From Hemiscyllium ocellatum (taxonomy: Eukaryota), in the NCBI RefSeq assembly GCF_020745735.1, contig NC_083416.1:57747131-57811130 (forward strand): a stretch of DNA of 64,000 nucleotides, read 5' to 3'. The translations under genes were made by a program, and so were the position numbers. Below the pieces are notes generated by a model, which did no database searches, was not told the origin of the DNA, and saw only the letters and a list, made by a program, of their open reading frames with translations. Shown one piece after another: positions 37,903 to 51,939 of the stretch (position 1 is the stretch's first letter; each line of letters opens with the position of its first letter).

Positions 37903-38096
37903 GGGTGCCCCGGTTTCCTCCCACAGTCCAAAGATGTGCAGGTCAGGTGAATTGGCCATGCTAAATTGCCTGTAGTGTTAGGTGAAGGGGTAAGTGTAGG
38001 GGTATGGGTGGGTTACACTTCGGCGGGTCGGTGTGGACTTGTTGGACCGAAGGGCCTGTTTCCACAGTGTAAGTAATCTAATCTAATCTAATCTAA
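37903..38096 (+). mobile_element. HE1 SINE 3' half
   Basis: Close match to 22005-22160; (TAATC)n tail. Confidence 0.85.
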
Positions 38097-38471
38097 GCAT
38101 GATTGACTCTCCGCTGAGCCACCAGCAACCCACCAGGGTATAACTGACAGCTTGTCCACACAGTATGGGCTACCCCATCACCACTATCAGAATCCCAGAA
38201 TTCTTAAGGTCATAGGAGTTCCATGACATGTTTGCTGTCAAATTTCATATCCGATCTCCCTGCTGTTCTGTGGGTGAGGAAGGGATTTACTCAAACTCTA
38301 CCCAACTTGTCCAAAAGGAAATCTTATGAGCCTCTCCAGAAACCACCACTTTATTCCGTTTGAATTAAATCCCACTCAGCCAAACCGTCCATCATTGCTG
38401 ATCTCTTAAACCCTCACAGAATTAAAATTAACATTCTCATTCTTATGCACAAAATAACTTTACTCACTTAC

Positions 38472-38607
38472 CCCTTAATTTTCTGCATCTGGTTAATGGT
38501 TTCTGGGAGAGGAACATTGAGTGTTTCAGGCAGGAATAAGACCAGGATTGCTGAAAACACAGTCGAACCTCCAATCAGAATATAAGGCAGGAAATCATAA
38601 TGAATAC
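38472..38607 (-). CDS. SLC22A5: SLC22A4/5 (OCTN)-like exon 9: IHYDFLPYILIGGSTVFSAILVLFLPETLNVPLPETINQMQKIKG
   Basis: 136 bp, bounded by cag and GTAAGT; LPYIL and LPET..PLPETI motifs. Missed by the ORF track. A4 versus A5 orthology is unresolved. Confidence 0.92.
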
Positions 38608-39806
38608 CTGTGAAAATATAAATAATTTCTGTGCAATGCATTTTTGATAGATGAGAAATTTATTGCATAAGAAATTCTAAGACCTAACCCAAAATTTTCT
38701 ATTCTGTGATGTGGTGCATGGCATGAACATACTGAGCCATGCTTTTGGATATTTTGTGTGCTTATTCCAGAATCTCTTGCCTCCCAGCATTAATTTGTTC
38801 ATAGTTCCCATCTGGAACAAAGAGAGTACTGTAGAAATGCACAATATCAGATTCCACATTGGCATTGACGTTATTTAGTTCTAACTCAAAAGCACCACTC
38901 TTAACACTTCCACCATCTGATTTGCCATAATGTTTGTTTGACAATGCTGGATGAACAGGAACTTCTTCCCTCTAAGTTAAATGAAGAATCATCATCTGAA
39001 TGTGAAAAGGCCACTGATTGCCGAGCACGTGGACTGGTAAGATATAAAAATAGAAGTCTAGCTGAAACACTCAAGCCCAAACACCCATCTTCTATGAATT
39101 CCTTCTTTGTTGGAAAGAAAGATGCATTCCACAGGATCTTTGTGATCATCAACAACTATGGAAGCATCTCACTTCTCAGTGACACAAGGACAACCTGTAC
39201 TCGGGTTATACTTGAAAGACTCTACCCACTTACAGGCTGGGTATATTGTCGCAAAGTGTGGTTTATGTTTTGTCAGATCTTCAGTGCACATGATCTTCGC
39301 TAAACACCACGATAAGAAAAGTGTAGGGAGTAGAATATTTGTCTTTACCTTACTTTAGTAGTTCTCACCAATTAAATCTAATCAACAAAGCAGACCTCAG
39401 CAAACCTCTGAGGAAATTTGGCTACCAATGAAAGCTCCTCGCTCTCATCTGGTTCTTTTCTGACAGCATGCACTATAATGCACAGCATGATGGATCCATT
39501 TCTGATGGTTTCAGGGTGAAGAATGGAGTGAAATGGGACTCTGTTTGGTATTTTCTTCTCCATCTTCTTGAGTTTTTCCTCCTTGCAATTTTGGGTAGAG
39601 TTTAACTAAATTTTAGGTCAGAAGGAAAGTTTTGGACTTGTCCATATGAAAAGCAAAGACAGCATTTGGAGAACTCTAGCGGAAGATGCCATGCTCGTTG
39701 TTCACACAGAAAGTTAGCTACACAGGCTCAAAGAGCATCATTGTCAGGCCAGTAGCCAGTTCTCCCTGGTCATATGCTTCAAGAGAACTGTGGTTATCTC
39801 ACAAGT

Positions 39807-40760
39807 AGGGAGTGTTGCTGACCAAAGAGACCTTGGAGTGCAGGTTCATAGCTCCTTGAAAGTAGAGTCGCACGTAGATAGGATAGTGAAGAAAGCGTTT
39901 GGTATGCTTTCTTTTACTGGTCAGAGTATTGAGTACAGGAGTTGGGAGGTCATGTTGCAGCTGTTCAGGACATTGGTTAGGCCACTATTGGAATATTGCA
40001 TGCAATTCTGGTCTCCTTCCTATCGGAAAGATGTTGTGAAACTTGAAAGTGTTCAGAAAAGATTTCCAAGGATGTTGCCTGGTTATGAGGATTTGAGGTA
40101 GATAGGATAGTGAACACGGCGTTTGGTATGCTTTCCTTTATTGGTCAGAGTATTGAGTACAGGAGTTGGGAGATCATGTTACGGCTGCACAGGATATTAG
40201 TTAGGCCACTGTTGGAATATTGCATGCAATTCTGTCCTCCTTCCTATTGGAAAGATGTTGTGAAACTTGAAAGGGTTCAGAAAAGATTTACAAGGATGTT
40301 GCCAGAGTTGGAGGATTTGAGCTATAGGGAGAGGCTGAACAGGTTGGGGCTGTTTTCCTGGAGCGTCGGAGGCTGAGGGGTGACCTTATAGAGGTTTACA
40401 AAATTTTGAGGGGCATGGATAGGATAAATAAGCAAAGTCTTTTCCCTGGGGTGGGGGAGTCCAGAACTAGAGGGCATAGGTTTAGGGTGAGAGGGGAAAG
40501 ATATAAAATAGACCTAAGGGGTACCTTTTTAACACAGAGGGTGTTACATGTATGGAATGAGCTGCCAGAGGAAGTGGTGGAGGCTGGTACAATTGTAACA
40601 TTTAAGAGGCATTTGTATGGGTATATGAATGGGAAGGATTTGGAGGGATATGGGCTGGGTGCTGGCAGGTGGGACTAGATTGGGTTGAGATATCTGGTTG
40701 GCATGGATAGGTTGGACCGAAGGGTCTGTTTCCATGCTGTACATCTCTATGACTCTGACT
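39807..40760 (+). mobile_element. HER1/CR1 LINE 3' fragment with an internal 224-bp tandem duplication
   Basis: GTAGATAGGATAGTGAA recurs at 39874 and 40098; CTCTATGACTCT tail. Confidence 0.9.
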
Positions 40761-41388
40761 CTATCTTTGCCCTTGATCACAGTAAACTACAAGAAGTGGT
40801 TCTAATTCTGTTAAGTCCAGGTTGCTTCTGGATGAAGAACTCTGTACATGCATAGTGAAAGCAACTAGCAACTTTGAGCGATTCGCAAAACGTGCTTGAT
40901 GGAATAACATCAAGCTAGCTGTTCGGGCTAAGATCCTGTTTATGAGTCCTGTGTTTTCAGAACTTTGTAAGTTTATGAAAAATGAGCAACTTTCAACTAT
41001 CAAGAAAGGAAGCTGAACAACTTCCATCATTGATGTTTGTATGCGTCCGGGCATCTCGTGGATAAAATCATGTCTGCAGCCGTTTTCTCAGAGGCAAATC
41101 TCCCAAACCTGTTGGCAGTCATCAAGAGACCTTATTGCCTTAAGCATGTTTGAAGACTTAAAGCACAGTCACATATGTAATGATTTTCTACTTGACGAGA
41201 GCTGGAGATAAACAAACAGTAGGAAATCTATAGCCCCCACTTCAAAGATACTTGTGAGCCTCAGCTGAAGGTTATAAGCCTTAGCTTTTTCACCTGAGAC
41301 ACATGCTAACAATATAGGAAGATGTTGACATCATCTATGAGGATATGTGCCACCAAGGCTAAGCAGCTTGGCAACTGGCACCATTGGA

Positions 41389-41539
41389 TGTAGGTTTGCT
41401 CATTGAGCTGAAAGGTTCTTTCCAGATGTTTCGTTACCTTACTAGCTAACATCTTCAATGGACCTCATACGAAGCAATGCTGAAAATTCCTGCTTTCAAT
41501 TTATATATTTGAGTTTCTTTTGGTTGGTGATGTCATTTC
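41389..41539 (-). mobile_element. Poseidon-type PLE terminal fragment (family of 58689-59762) with decayed HHR
   Basis: Similar to 58689-58850. TSD-like CTGGCACCAT(CAT)TGGA at 41375-41388 and 41540-41556. Core reads UUGAAGA..GAAAC-AUC. Confidence 0.75.
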
Positions 41540-41739
41540 CTGGCACCATCATTGGAAAACAACTTACATTGGATACTTCAATCATTAGCAAAAGTGCACA
41601 CTACACAAAACTATCCAGATCCGTATGGTTTGATTTTACACATATCCATCATCTTACAAAGATGTAAGCATGCAAACTTTTCTAAACCAAACTTATCTTT
41701 TTAAAAAATATTTCTTAAAACCTGTCTTCACAGTATTAA

Positions 41740-42203
41740 AGAAAGTGGCCCTGGAAAAATTGGATCTTGCAAAATTCTACAGACACTGAAGGAGATGCTA
41801 CAGATTGCAGGATGGTATTGTAACCATAATATTGAAAGAGGGGGAGAGAAAAATAAAGAGAATCATAGACTTCTTCACCTAACATCAATCGAGGTGAAAA
41901 TGTGAGTCTATTATAAAAGATGGCAGAATATTTGGAAAACAGTAACGGGATTGGAAAAATCAGCATGAGTTTATGAAAGGCAAATCACAGTTAACAAATT
42001 TACTGAAGTTTATTTGAGGACGTAACTAGTAAAATAGATAAGGGGGATCCAATGGATATAATGCATTTGGATTTTCAGAAGGCTTTTGGTCAGGTCCCTC
42101 ATAAGAGGTTAATGGGCAAAGTTAAAGCAGATGGAATAAAAGCAAGGTATTGGGATGGATCAAGAACTGATTGACGAACAGGAAACAGAGAGTGAGGATC
42201 AAT
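41740..42203 (+). mobile_element. CR1 RT fragment
   Basis: Decayed LDFQKAF..VPHKRL and LTNRKQRV segments. Confidence 0.7.
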
Positions 42204-43384
42204 CAAGGAAAGATTGACTCAAAGGAGAATACTCCAAGACTTAAATGCTCACTGCCCCTTGAAAAAGAATCCAATGAATTAAATTTCTCATTCCTTTCTA
42301 TCAGCTTTGCTCTAGGTGTTGGAGGTGAATTAATTTCTCTTTCTACAGGTACTTGTTTCACTTCAACACTTGCAGCAATCTGTGAGTGCTGAGGTGCAGC
42401 GAGGAACATTTCAAGGATTCCATGAGAAAGGACAATTTTGTTCCAGAGGCAATCTCTGTCATTAATCAGGGACTAAAGATTCTTATTCCCTCTCTGTGCT
42501 GTGTCTGTTTGAAGGATTAAGTCATCAGTCATTAACAGTAACAAGAGTGTTTGTTTAGCTCAACATTCACTGCAATCTTGAAGTTATTTGCATTTTTGAA
42601 ATGAGGAGACTTTTTTCTCTCCATCAAATATCTCTCTATTGAATCAGCTTGGACAAGATGTTTCCAAATCTTCAGCAATCTTTCATTTTCAGCCTCCAGG
42701 GCTTGATTATGCTATTTTCAGCCAAGAGCTTGACTTACATACAATAGTCTCACTGAGGGAACTAGACTGTCAATTCATAAGGTCTGAGCTTTTCAATTTG
42801 TTCCTCTGTTCAACTTTAATCTTGGTGAAGGCATGCTGTGTCTCTATCAGCTCAATAATCATGTCTTGTAAGCTTTATTTGAAAAATAACCTCTTGTGTT
42901 CTTTGGTTCGATGGTGGGTTTCACTTATAGCTATGGTCTCTGCAGATCAACAACTTCTGAATGTTGCATATTAATCTGATCCAATTTGCACTTTAAGATC
43001 TCTTTCTTCCTGACTAACTTCTTATTCCTTAAAATTGTTGTACTTCTTCTTGATGGTCCTTGCCTTAAGATAATAGCTTTTCTCCAAACATTTTCTCTCT
43101 ACACGGTTACAATATTTGTTGCTTAAATTAGTTTCTGTCTTTATAGGTGTGACCCATCCATCCCAACTGAAGCTCCAATGGTCTTGAATTTATCTTGAAG
43201 CTCTTCCTTTCATGATTGAAGATGCTTTTTTAACTCCATAATTTTTGTTATCTCAGATTCTGGGCCAAATATTTAGACTGCAGATATTTCTCAAACTGCG
43301 CTTGGTTTAATTTCTGATTCAAATGGTGCAAGATCATTTTCTTGCTTCTTAGCTGTGATCTGAATATATATTTAAACTCACAAC

Positions 43385-43640
43385 CACTTAAATTTCAAAG
43401 GACAAGGGCAGCAGATGGAAACACCACCACCTGCAAGTTCCCCTCCAAGGCATTCACCTCCCTGACATGGAAATTCATCGCTGTCTCTTCAGTGTCACTG
43501 GGTCATTCCCTCCCTAACAGCATTGTGGGTCTACCTATAGCACACTACTGCAACAGTTTAAAAAGGCAGCCTCTGAGGGGCAATAGGGATGGGCATGAAA
43601 TGCTGGCCCAACCAGCAATACCCACACAAAAAAATAATAA
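43385..43640 (+). mobile_element. LINE 3' end (CR1/L2-clade)
   Basis: CACCACCTGCAAGTTCCCCTCCAAG, also present antisense near 22455-22480; GGGCAATAGGGATGGGC tail region shared with 6285-6305. Confidence 0.65.
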
Positions 43641-45188
43641 ATTGAGATGAACTGAATGGACTTGAGACAGTTGTACTGAGATGGGATATGCACATAGTGT
43701 GCCATGATGCCAAAGGGATGGTGTGGGTGGAGTAGCTGGAAAACATCAGAACCTGCAGCAATCATGTCTGAGAGCCCTGGAGTGATTCTATGTGCTTCAG
43801 GCAAGTAATGGTCTATCATTGTGTCCTCTACCGCTTTTAGGGAAGAGAAGCCTTCCCCAAGAGTTCCTGGCCAATTGGAGAGCTGGCAGTTCTTCAGGCC
43901 CAGGACCAGTAACAGTGGAGGAGGAGTTGGTCAGGTTCACTGGGGCTAGTGAGGCAGACCCTGGAAAGGGGTGGAATTGTTCCTGAGGGAAGTGGAGAGC
44001 AGTTGCCATTTTTTCTGACAGTCACAAAGAGGCTCACCCTCCCATCCCCTTTGCTCGAACCCAGAACACTGGAACAGGCTACGAGATCTTACCTGACATT
44101 AACCTAATGTGGCAAAGGTATCTAATCCACTCTACTCCATCCCCTGCAACCCCTCCCCCAACAATGCCATGCTTATACAATATACTCAGTGGGAGACAGA
44201 TCCCTTAAGACACCCTTACTCTGCCACTTAAGGCCTCACTGGTCAATGTATAAGCAGGAAAACTTTACTCAACCTTACACACCCCGAATGAATTGCAGAG
44301 TATGGAGAAGTTAAGGGCACTCCTTCCTACTTGAGTCTCAATTCTGCAGTGATCCCCACCTCCAGCCTGCATCAGAGGGAAATTATTCAATGAATCACCA
44401 GCATACATAGTTGCAGCCAGGTTGGAGGTAAATGATTCTGCCTACAGAACAAATTCTTCTGCTGAGAATTCAGATGAGGAGAGGGCTGATGGGCATGCAC
44501 AGAGAGGTTTTGAGGGCTTTGGCAGACTTAGCACATGAACTGTTTTCACTGCAAAGGAACACAAAGAAGTCGAGCTGTACCTGGGCACAGACATCACTGC
44601 ATTGCTTGGAGCACATTCTTCCAGTTTGGAAGTGATGGCTGACACAGGACAGCACCTTGGGTGGAGCTATGATGCAGCATTCAATAGTCAATGTCTCAGC
44701 TTCCAATACAGCCTGAGCATTTGCCACTCAGCATCTCAGTGCTACAGGGGAAGCTCAGACTCTGGGAATCTGTGAGATCTGTGCTTATTATCATGAAAAC
44801 CCCTTGTGCCTTTGGAGGCTCAGACTGCTACCAAGGAGGATGAGGATTTCAGTGTTCAAAGGGGCTTGCTCACTGTTATAGCAGTTTCAGTTCCAACATA
44901 TTGTTTGGATAGCTTAGGTTTTGCCACAATAGATTGTTCATAGTTCTGTGATGTATAATCCCCTATACTCTCTCAGAATTCCACCAGTGGACTTCATCAC
45001 ATCAATGCCAGTTCATCAAAGTCCTTGCTATTGCCTGTCAGCCAGCTAACCCAAACTGTTGCCATACCTGACATGGTTACACTGAATGAAACTATGTTAG
45101 CGATATGAATGGTGTGGATTTGGGAATCACCATTGCTTAGGCCATCTATGTATTCTCATTTCATACAGAATGCAGACTGACAACTTAC

Positions 45189-45371
45189 CAAGATAAAAAA
45201 TGTAAGGTGAACAGATGGAACCCACCCTAGAGAACATGGAGCTCACTCCAACACTAAGGTTTCTTATCGTGGTTGGATACAACTCCACAGTGTAAACATA
45301 AAGAATGGCGAAAGCAATCGTGGTGCAAAATTTGCCAATCATCACCAGTGCTGTGGAAAATACTGAGAGAT
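45189..45371 (-). CDS. SLC22A5: SLC22A4/5 (OCTN)-like exon 8: [61 protein letters not shown]
   Basis: 183 bp, bounded by cag and GTAAGT; ELYPT..R motif; phase 1 to phase 1. Confidence 0.95.
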
Positions 45372-45476
45372 CTGGAAAAAAATATACACAAACATAATTT
45401 AATAGAAGGTGCACTGGTTTACAAGACAGTTATCTGTATGATCTTGAAGGGTTTAGAGAGGCAATATCATTATGTG

Positions 45477-45612
45477 ACACAAAATCAGAAATTGCTGGAG
45501 ACACTCAGCAGGTCTGGCAGCTTCTGTGGAGACAGAGAGAGAGAAAGAGGGAGAGAGAGAGAGACAGACAGACAGAAAAACAGAGTTAATATTTTAAGTT
45601 CAGTGACCCAGA
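45477..45612 (-). mobile_element. PLE-terminus fragment with an internal (GA)n expansion
   Basis: Antisense similarity to the plus arm of 12835-12998; ends within the HHR stem II region. Confidence 0.55.
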
Positions 45613-48600
45613 GGCCTTGGTATTTGAAAAAATAATCACCAATTGGAAGGGAAAGTGATGGGCATTGGGCAACTGGTTGCCAATGTGAATAGAGAGTTTA
45701 TGAGCATTCGAGAGCTAAAGAATGTTACAGATTTAGCAAAAGCTGAGGCTTCACATGTTTTGATTTTAAGGATGAGACTTTTAGTCTGAACAAAAGGGCT
45801 GAGGTAGGAAACAAGACAGATGATGCTAAGGAGGTGGAATGAACCATATATTTTTAAGATGAGTATGAACACTCTTGTTCTTCTTGTGACTCTGACTGAT
45901 GGAATTTGGAAATGGATTTAGGACCCAACTGCACATTCAAGGACTTTGGAGTGCAGAGGGAGGTTAGAGGTGGACAGTAGGTTTGCTTTTGAGGAAGATG
46001 GTGATGACAGCAAATTTAAAAGAGAGAGAACAATTTACAATTCATGTAACAGAATCGGGGCAATGTTGCATGACCAGAATATTGAGTGGAATTAGATCAA
46101 GGTAACTGGAGCTGGAATTCATGGATAAGATGAGGTCAGAGGGGGCATGAAAGGAGATGCAGAGACACTAAAGAAAGGTATAATATCAGGGAGAGCAAGT
46201 CAGACCATCAAATAAAGATTGGCCAGGCAGATCACTAGAAAGAAGGCTCCTGAGAGAGATAGCTGATCAGATTGTCAAGAAGCTTGTGAGTTCCTTACAC
46301 ACTGCTGGAGGTGGAAATAAATCAAAACTGTTGATTCTTCTTTGAAGATTTCAGTGTCCATTATCATGTGGGATTCCTCAAGTTCTGAAAGGATATAATG
46401 CCCCACCACCAACATCTGTGGAGCAGAGGTCAGGAGGCAGGGTGTTAACAATGTTACTCACTGCACCCATTCTCTGCGCTTGAACGGAGGGGAGGGGCTC
46501 ATTAACTATATAGTAACACTCCAAAACACAGAGCGCAAATTCATGCCCAAAGCACTCAGGAGCATTCAATCAACTGAGCATCTTGTGTAGAATAGGCAGA
46601 GTTTCTGAGGAGGTGCTCCTCCAGTCACAGACTAGTTCTCTCTGTGCTTGCTGCTGCTAGGTTCATTAGCAAATCCATCAGCAGCCAACATGGAATAGAA
46701 GCAACTTGTGATTGGAGGAGCAGAGAGAGAGAGAGGGGAGAGGGAGAAATTGTGAGGGAGACTACAGGGGTCAGTAGCAGACAAAGAGAGAGAATTAAAG
46801 CTGCTGGAGTTGAGTGTAAGAGACAGAGGCAGGGACAGGTATCAGGAAGTGGTGGGAAAGACAAACATGGGGCAGGCTCCAGGGATTGGGATGTGGGGAG
46901 ACGCAGGAGTTGGGAGAAGATAGAAAGACAGAGGGTTATCCTGGAGTTGGAGGAGCAAGTCAAAACGATTGTGGAGGCTGCAGGTAGGGGAGAGAGATGG
47001 GCTTCAAGGAAGTGAGAGAGGGAAACTGCAACATAGGGACAAGGGCCATGAATGAATGTAAACAGTATCAATCACTGGGCCCATTCTCTGAGGTTGAGGG
47101 GAGGGGCGGGAAGGGGCCTATTGTCACATATATTTCGGAAGATGTAGTAAAAAGTGTTCTGTCACTACTAACCAGTGGTATTTGGAGGTACAAAAGGATT
47201 TTAAAAATACTTAAATGCAGTTCATCTTCATTGGCTGGAGTCCTAAACACAGTTCCAGGACCTATGCAAGGTCTCTGCAAGGTTCATTGTTTAGGCTTAC
47301 CACAGCCAGGAATCCCCACTCCACCATCACTGCAGCAGATGTCTCACTGCCAATTCCAGGAGTCCATGCATCAGGCCTACGAAGCCAGGAGTTCCCACTC
47401 CAGTCACCCCTGACACCACTCTGGCCTCCCTGCAATATCAGGGAAGATGAAGAAAAGAAGTAAAAGGAAAAAAAAAGGAGAAAGAACAAAAGGATTTGGC
47501 TGACCTGGAGTGGGCAGGCCTATCGTGCCAGAGTTGACATCTTGAATAGTTGAATGAGGCTGCAAAAGGGAAAGAAGAGGAAGAAAGAAGAAGAGGTGGA
47601 GAAGGGAGGTTAGAAGGCATGGGAAAGCTGCAATAGTTGGAGGAGAGACAAGCAGGTTGCAGAAGAAAGTGAACTACTTCAAACTATTTTAAACAATATA
47701 ATTTTCAACAAACTAAGCTAGGAAAACTGTATATCACTAGGTAATACATACTTTTTAAATTAATGTGAAATATCGAGCTTAAGGCTACATGTGCTCAGAA
47801 GCTACTACACAGCTGAGAAATGTAATGGATTCTATTATAATGAGTACTGCATCAATCATTAAATTTAAGTCTGAGGTGGAGATCAGAAATGCAGTAAAAC
47901 AGATAGTCTCTTCCTGGTTAAAATGTTCCAGTTTTGTGCATAGGTGATCAAAATGGATTACTTTTACCTCTCCTGTTTGTTGAAGATCTATTTGGGGTGA
48001 TGGCTTTTCTTGTGTAGAAGTGTGTCAGATATCTTGAATAGAAACTTTTGTTGCTAACGTCTACCTGTTGTCTCATGCCAATTTAAAATCTATAGGGGCC
48101 AAGTAATTATTGCTTTCCTTGTAAGTTATAGGTTTAATGTTAATGGAGTAGAAATATTTACTGAGGAAGATGGTTTATTGCTACAGTTAAAGGATACAAA
48201 GACGGTAAGAAAAATGAGAAGGAATACAAAGACTCGTCACATTCACATTGAATGTTGATAATGAACAATAGTAAAATCAGTTTCTCTATCATGGCAGAAT
48301 GAAAATCTGATTGGTAGGAACTAAGCATGCATGAAAAACGGGCATTAGTATAGGAAGCCATGGCAAATTGAAATCTTTGGGGGAAAGAAAAGTTGAGAAC
48401 AAGACAGAAGTTTAATGGTGGGTAATTTAAGGAAGGAGCTAATGGAGATTTAAAAGGAAATAGGAACAGTGTTAATTGAGAAAGATCCAATTACTGTGAC
48501 AGTTATTATGGAAATAAATTTGGGTGGTCAGCATCTGAGCAATTAAAGCTGAATTATGATATGTGAGGGTTCTCAGCAGTTGATTTCCAACAAATGTCTA

Positions 48601-49206
48601 CCACATCTTGTGGAAATACCTGTATTTGCACATTGTCACTCTAAAAATTAATGAAGATCACAACACATTGACAACAGATGATGCATCTGATATGAATCAA
48701 CAGCATGTGGTTGGAGGAATGACATGTTACAGGGTTATAGGGATGCAGCAGCAAGTGAATACTAGACTGATTTGTTACTGATCATAATGTATGTCATACT
48801 CTAACAGTCTGTTGTCTCCAGATTGGAAAAACATAAATGTTCCATATTATGATAATACACCCGGTTAAAAAAATGATTTTTTTTATCATTTGTTTGGAAC
48901 AGAAATGAAAAGTTGGTTTGTCAATTCATCTCTTCTGCCAATTATGATGTTAAGTAATGTATGAAGTACATAAAACTGGTTTGATTAGTCAACCATCAAC
49001 TTTCTTCCCTCATTGTTCTTCTCACAACATCTCAATCTTCAAGTGCAGCTGAAATTAGTTTGTGGAACAGCACAATAATATCTGAGGGATTACACTGCCT
49101 ATATATAAATATATCTATATATATTTCAGTTTATCATAAAATGTTGCTTTGAAATTTTTATCAAGACATTTTTTTGTTCCTTATAACTGTGTTGTAAAAA
49201 AATTAC

Positions 49207-49421
49207 TTGAAGACATGAGGCGAATGAAGAAAAGGACAGCTCCACCAAGAAAAAGTGATCCTGAAAGGCTGAACCTTCGGGAAGATCTCTGGAGAAAAAG
49301 CCAAGCAGTTACATAGGCTGGAACTTCGACTACAGCAGAGATGAAACAGTTCAAATAGTCATCACCGTGGAGATTTGGTGTGCTCAAAGACAGAGCAAAG
49401 TATCCAGCTGAAGTAAACATC
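49207..49421 (-). CDS. SLC22A5: SLC22A4/5 (OCTN)-like exon 7: (W)[36 protein letters not shown]...[16 protein letters not shown]
   Basis: 215 bp, bounded by cag and GTAATT; the TPNLHGD.Y.NCF.SA.VEVPAY signature is typical of OCTN. Confidence 0.95.
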
Positions 49422-51134
49422 CTGCAAAATAAAATGGAGAATCTTCTTGTAAAATGACTTTTTAAACTTGCCTCCCTGAACTCTCCTCTTCCATTATAGT
49501 TTTACTCGGATTTTCTTACTCTCTCATTTGCTCTTCCTGTTCCACCTATTTTTCCTCCAAGGGTCAGGCAGTATATTTGCTCTCTAGAGTCTATGGGAAT
49601 GTCAAGAATGAAAAGCTGATCAGAAATATTCTCTGAAGGCAACTGGTATTCTAAATTTACCTCCTTTGTCCTGCAGAAACTGCAGCATGCGTATTGGAGA
49701 TTGTTTAGAAAATCAAGCATTGTACACAAAGCTGAATGTATGGTCCCATTCTGACTTTTTTCCTTCCATTTTTGCATATTGGTAGCCATAGCATATTGGC
49801 TACCAATGATCCACCCAGCTCTTGAGAGGCTGAGCAAGTGAATTCTTCTCTTTCTTACCCTCAGTGCTACTGATTAGAGAAAGAACTGTTCAAGCGTCAC
49901 AGCTCAGAAGGCAGCTATTTGAACTATCATATCCCTGAAGAAGCAATTCACTGAGTGTCACTCATCCTCCTTGTCCACATAACCATGCACATTTTTCCTT
50001 TCCAGGTAATGATCCAATTCCCTCTTGAATGCTTCAGTTGAACTTTTATCCACCCTCTAGCACATCCCCAGGTTGCACAGTTGAGATCCCAATGATTCAC
50101 TGTGTGCAAAAGATATTGTCCGTCCAGCCATTGCTTCTTTTGTCAATTCTATCACTTCTCACTTATATTCATTAAAAGTTTTTTATTGTATATAAATATG
50201 AACCAATTAATTGCTTGAAAGTCCTGAAATTGAACACTGCTGAAAAGAAACTCAAAGTCAAAATTTTGTTTTCTGTGGCATAGGACTGATGAATTATCAC
50301 TGAAGTAGCTTTGTCATTATGAAGGCCAGGGAAAATAATTAGGGGCATAAGAGTGTGAGGGTCAGGAGGATGGATGCTGGGGCACAGGGTGGTACGGGAG
50401 GTATGAAGGGACATGCAGAGTAGTTGATAGAAATAGATCAGCATAGAGGTATTAGAGGCTGTGGAAGGGTAGGTACAGTTTCATATGTTGACACAGGGGT
50501 TCTGAGGCACAATGGTAATTTGATAGAAGGGCAGAGACCGGTGCAGGGATTATGAAAAGTCGGAGTGGGTGGGAGGGGAGGGGGAGCGCGTTTTGGGGAC
50601 GCAGGCAGCATAGTGAATATATGGGACCATGGCAGATGGATGGATGGACATATTATGGCAACAAGAGTATGAGGAGCCATGAGGAATGGGTTGATGGGCA
50701 TAGAGTGGTTATTAAGAGCTTGGAATAGTTGCCATGGATGAAGTATAGATAATGAGGCAGTAGGAGTAGGCAGTTGTTTTCTGGTTTATTCTGCATTTTT
50801 AAATTTTGCATATAGTGCCAGACTTCTCAGGTAAGCTGTCTGCCCTGACCAGCTCAGGAACTAGGTAGTCTCTTAGGCTGTTCCTGGTCACCAAAGCAGC
50901 CTGCTCCATTATGGCAAAAATAAGAAGTTTGCGAAGCTATGTTTAACAATCAATGCCGCAAAAATAGTAATTCTCCAGAACCTACACCCTACCACTGTAT
51001 GAAAAGTAGAACTAAAAGAGCCTAAAAGTACTTATGAAAGATGTAAAGGCTTTTGTGAGGACACAGAAGAATTTATTAAAGTAATTCTAGAAAGAAGGGA
51101 TTATTGTCACATTGATAGACAAGATGGCAGAGCT

Positions 51135-51161
51135 TTAGAATAGAATAGAATAGAATAGAAA
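51135..51161. repeat. (TAGAA)n microsatellite
   Basis: Directly visible. Confidence 0.85.
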
Positions 51162-51289
51162 CATAATCTGTTGTTATGTGCATTTTTACAAAAAAAAAGT
51201 GAGAAGTTTTGTATGTTGCCATATTACAGTGCCTAAATTAATGACAGGAGTCATGAATAATAAGAAAACAACTTAAAAGTTCAATGAAT

Positions 51290-51588
51290 GATTAGATTCC
51301 CTACAGTGTGGAAACAGGCCCTTCGGCCTAACCAGTCCACACCAACCCTCCGAAGAGTAACCCACCCAGACCAATTTCCCTCTAACTAATGCACCTTACA
51401 CTATGGACAATTCAGTATGGTCACACATCTTTGGACTGTGGGAGGAAACCAGAGCACCCAGAGAAAACCCACGTAGACATGGGGAGAATGTGCAAACTCC
51501 ACATAGACAGTTGCCCAAGGCTGGGATTGAACCTAGGACCTTGGTGCTGTGAGGCAGCAGTGCTAACCACTGAGCCACATTGCTGCCC
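51290..51588 (-). mobile_element. HE1-type SINE
   Basis: Antisense similarity to 21886-22160. Confidence 0.85.
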
Positions 51589-51939
51589 TGGGCTTCTGGG
51601 TTTGGGGTATGCTGGGAAAACAGACTGAGCTGAGAAGGTTAAGAGGACATGTGTGAGGTCTTCTTAAATCATGATGAGTTTAGATATTGTAAGTAAAGGG
51701 GAGCTACTTTCGATAACTGGAGGAACATTAATCAGAGTGCAATAACAGAAAGCCAAAGAACCAGAGGTGGCATGCGATATACAGTTTTAGTGCAACAAAC
51801 GATGGTGTTTTAGGATGCAATGCCTGATAATCTTCAAAAAGGAATTGGATAACTACCTGAAGTAGAAAAATTAAAAGGGTATTGGGAAAATGCAGAGGAA
51901 TAGGAACTGGATTGTTCTTCAAAAGGACTTTGAACAAAG

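Noticed and set aside
46625-47071. 148-aa and 123-aa ORFs on opposite strands
   Set aside because: Purine-rich low-complexity sequence that is stop-poor by composition.
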